64,000 nucleotides of DNA from a virus (Duplodnaviria > Caudoviricetes), in IMG/VR virus record IMGVR_UViG_3300001598_000037, positions 1 through 64,000 of that record, one strand, 5' to 3'. The notes under the pieces are model-generated. The model was not told where the DNA came from, made no database searches, and saw nothing but the letters and a program-made list of their open reading frames with translations. The position numbers were made by a program, and so were the translations under genes. Positions 62,132 through 64,000 of this stretch are shown piece by piece (positions within the stretch are counted from its first letter, which is position 1; every line of letters starts with the position of its first letter).

Positions 62132-62707
62132 ATGGAAAGAACAGATCCAAGAGTTCAATCAGCTCTAGCAAACGGCTGCTATATTCGAAACCGAATGACA
62201 GGCGAAATTAAATTCAGACGCGTTCATGGTGTCGATCTACTTGGCATCGATTGGCTAGAACCTGATGATGTTGATATTGATAAAGATACTTATACTTCAT
62301 TAGATAGTTACGGTAAAGATTGGGCACTCACACTCGAAGAATTTGAAGGACTTAATTTACCTGAACATAACAAATATTATTTGGAACTAGATGGCGAAAA
62401 AGTCTTAGAATTAACGCCAACCGAAATACCAGAACCAAATACAGAAATTGAAGAAGCAGTATTTAAGAGTATACTTATTCAAGAAGTAAAAGATGAGTTC
62501 GTGAACCTGGTTACTAATCTAAATTATCAAACAGGATTAGTCCCATTAAAACCTGAAGAGTTAAATGAACTATTAACAGGTCGCGCTCCTAACAATCATC
62601 ATCTTTATTGTTGGGGCTCAGATCTTACTAAGATTTATTTAGGACTTCAGACGGCAGCTGAAGTGCTAGACAAAATAATAAAAAATAAAAATCAAAATAA
62701 GAAGTAA
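62132..62707 (+). CDS. Hypothetical protein
   Basis: GGAGGG SD before ATG 62132; the track's upstream extension overlaps trxB. Confidence 0.65.
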   Translation: MERTDPRVQSALANGCYIRNRMTGEIKFRRVHGVDLLGIDWLEPDDVDIDKDTYTSLDSYGKDWALTLEEFEGLNLPEHNKYYLELDGEKVLELTPTEIPEPNTEIEEAVFKSILIQEVKDEFVNLVTNLNYQTGLVPLKPEELNELLTGRAPNNHHLYCWGSDLTKIYLGLQTAAEVLDKIIKNKNQNKK

Positions 62708-62723
62708 AAGGAGGCCATCAAAA

Positions 62724-63098
62724 ATGGAAGAACAAAACAAAGTCATCATGAGTCTAGAAGAATATACTAAACTCGTAATCGAAAACAACAATTTAAAAAA
62801 CACACTTCGCGGAATCCGCAATCAAGTAATTTCTAAAATCTGCGACAAGATTTCTGAAGCTCGTATCCACGCCATGACTCGCGATCAACTTATTGCCCTT
62901 ATTGATCAAAAGGATGTAAGTAAAATCTGCGACGCCGTTGGTACCTACACTTACTCTCTTGAGTATATTGACACATTTGGTGTCTTCTCAGTAGATGAAG
63001 TAAAAGTCATGTTTGTTGAAGAAGTTAAGAAGATCGCCAACGATCACTTACAATATCTTTTAGATCACGCCCAAAAAGACAGCTCCGACGCTGACTAA
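62724..63098 (+). CDS. Hypothetical protein (124 aa)
   Basis: AAGGAGG SD; VIMSLEEYTKL. Confidence 0.7.
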   Translation: MEEQNKVIMSLEEYTKLVIENNNLKNTLRGIRNQVISKICDKISEARIHAMTRDQLIALIDQKDVSKICDAVGTYTYSLEYIDTFGVFSVDEVKVMFVEEVKKIANDHLQYLLDHAQKDSSDAD

Positions 63099-63131
63099 TA
63101 TATCAAACAACAGCAAACAACAACAAACATT

Positions 63132-63161
63132 AAGAAGGATCTTAAAAGTCCTTCTTTTTTT
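63132..63161 (+). terminator. Intrinsic terminator
   Basis: AAGAAGGA-TCTTAAAAG-TCCTTCTT followed by a T-tract. Confidence 0.75.
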
Positions 63162-64000
63162 ATCGCCTCCCCCCTCCGCCTCCAAAAAGAACTCTCTTCT
63201 TTTCTTTCTTTATATATTTCTTTCTTATTCTTCTCTGAATTACATATTATATATTATAGTCTGCCATATAATATAAAATAATACAGTTAGCTGTTTTAGC
63301 TTGCTGCTAAGCAAGGTACAACGCCGACCACCGATCGTCCTAAAAAACACCTCAACTCTACTCGGCGGTCGTCGGCTGTCGCCTCCTGGCTATACGCTCG
63401 CCCACCAGACTGCCGTTCCAGTTCCTTATCCAGTTCCAATTTAATTGTAATACAACGCTTCGCTCATTTTGGCAGTTCGCTTCGCAAACCGCCGTTCAAG
63501 TATATGACTCGCCTCTCGGCTCGTAATATAGTGTTAGATTATTTTTGCTTTATAAATTTGGTATCATATTTTTTGATCTTATAAATTTGATACCATATCG
63601 GACAACCGATATAACTGGCAACCGTTATACTATACGGCGCTGGGCTGGGCTGGGCACAGTCGAGTCCAGGATAGCGAGCTGGGTTGCTTTGTAACATTAC
63701 ATCATGATTTTTGTAACACGCGTTACGCTACATGCTCGTACCTGCGCTGACACCTTATTTTATTACTTATTATTTATGCGCGGGCACACATATACGGCAC
63801 GGCCCTGTTTTGGGCCCTAGGAAGCCCGTAGAGCCGTTTTAAGGGCCGAGCCGATAAATTATACCTATTTATATATTACGAGCGTTTTAGGGTCATTTAA
63901 ATGCGAATTTGAAGGGGGTGTAATTTAGACGAAAGGCGAAGCCGCAGGCGAAGACGATAGTCGGCTCGCGCGCGTGCGCGGGCGCGTGTATTGAGAAGCT
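63162..64000. other. Gene-free, GC-enriched, repeat- and dyad-rich region (possible terminus, packaging site or origin)
   Basis: No ORF of 60 aa or more; pyrimidine tract, GCCGAC/GTCGGC dyad, 29-nt-period direct repeat, (CTGGG)3, CG-alternating run near 63965-63989. Confidence 0.55.

Noticed and set aside
1-64000. Restriction-site avoidance suggesting a GATC-targeting host system
   Set aside because: GATC occurs frequently throughout; other sites were not counted.

Overview
AT-rich (roughly 30% GC by eye) segment of a large tailed phage genome, probably a siphovirus of a low-GC Gram-positive or Mollicutes-like host (GGAGG ribosome-binding sites, sigma-A-type promoters, standard genetic code). 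Every credible gene is on the + strand. Layout: tail fibre genes interrupted by promoter-driven cassettes carrying structured RNAs (1-6.6 kb); a 4258-aa tape measure polyprotein (6.9-19.6 kb); tail/baseplate genes (20.6-30.7 kb); replication and recombination genes (SSB, Sak4-like ATPase, DnaB-like helicase, primase, Cas4/RecB-like nuclease, DnaE-type polymerase, RecD2) mixed with metabolic genes (uracil/xanthine permease, deoxyribosyltransferase-like protein, dUTPase, IscS, TrxB); many small hypothetical genes; and a GC-rich, dyad-rich non-coding end. Top finding: the N-terminal ~1590 aa of the tape measure protein carry the two-barrel RNA polymerase catalytic signature (RYPFSH followed 34 residues later by NADFDGD). 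A poly-Gly linker and a candidate PD-(D/E)XK nuclease domain follow, before the tape measure core. This suggests an injected RNA polymerase-nuclease-tape measure fusion. Other notable items are a ~600-nt ornate non-coding RNA closed by a 24-bp stem (ROOL/GOLLD-class candidate), two tRNA-like RNAs with aberrant anticodon arms, and a three-way-junction leader before recD2. No head, portal or terminase genes were recognised in this window. All calls come from motifs read by eye; no database searches or folding programs were run.
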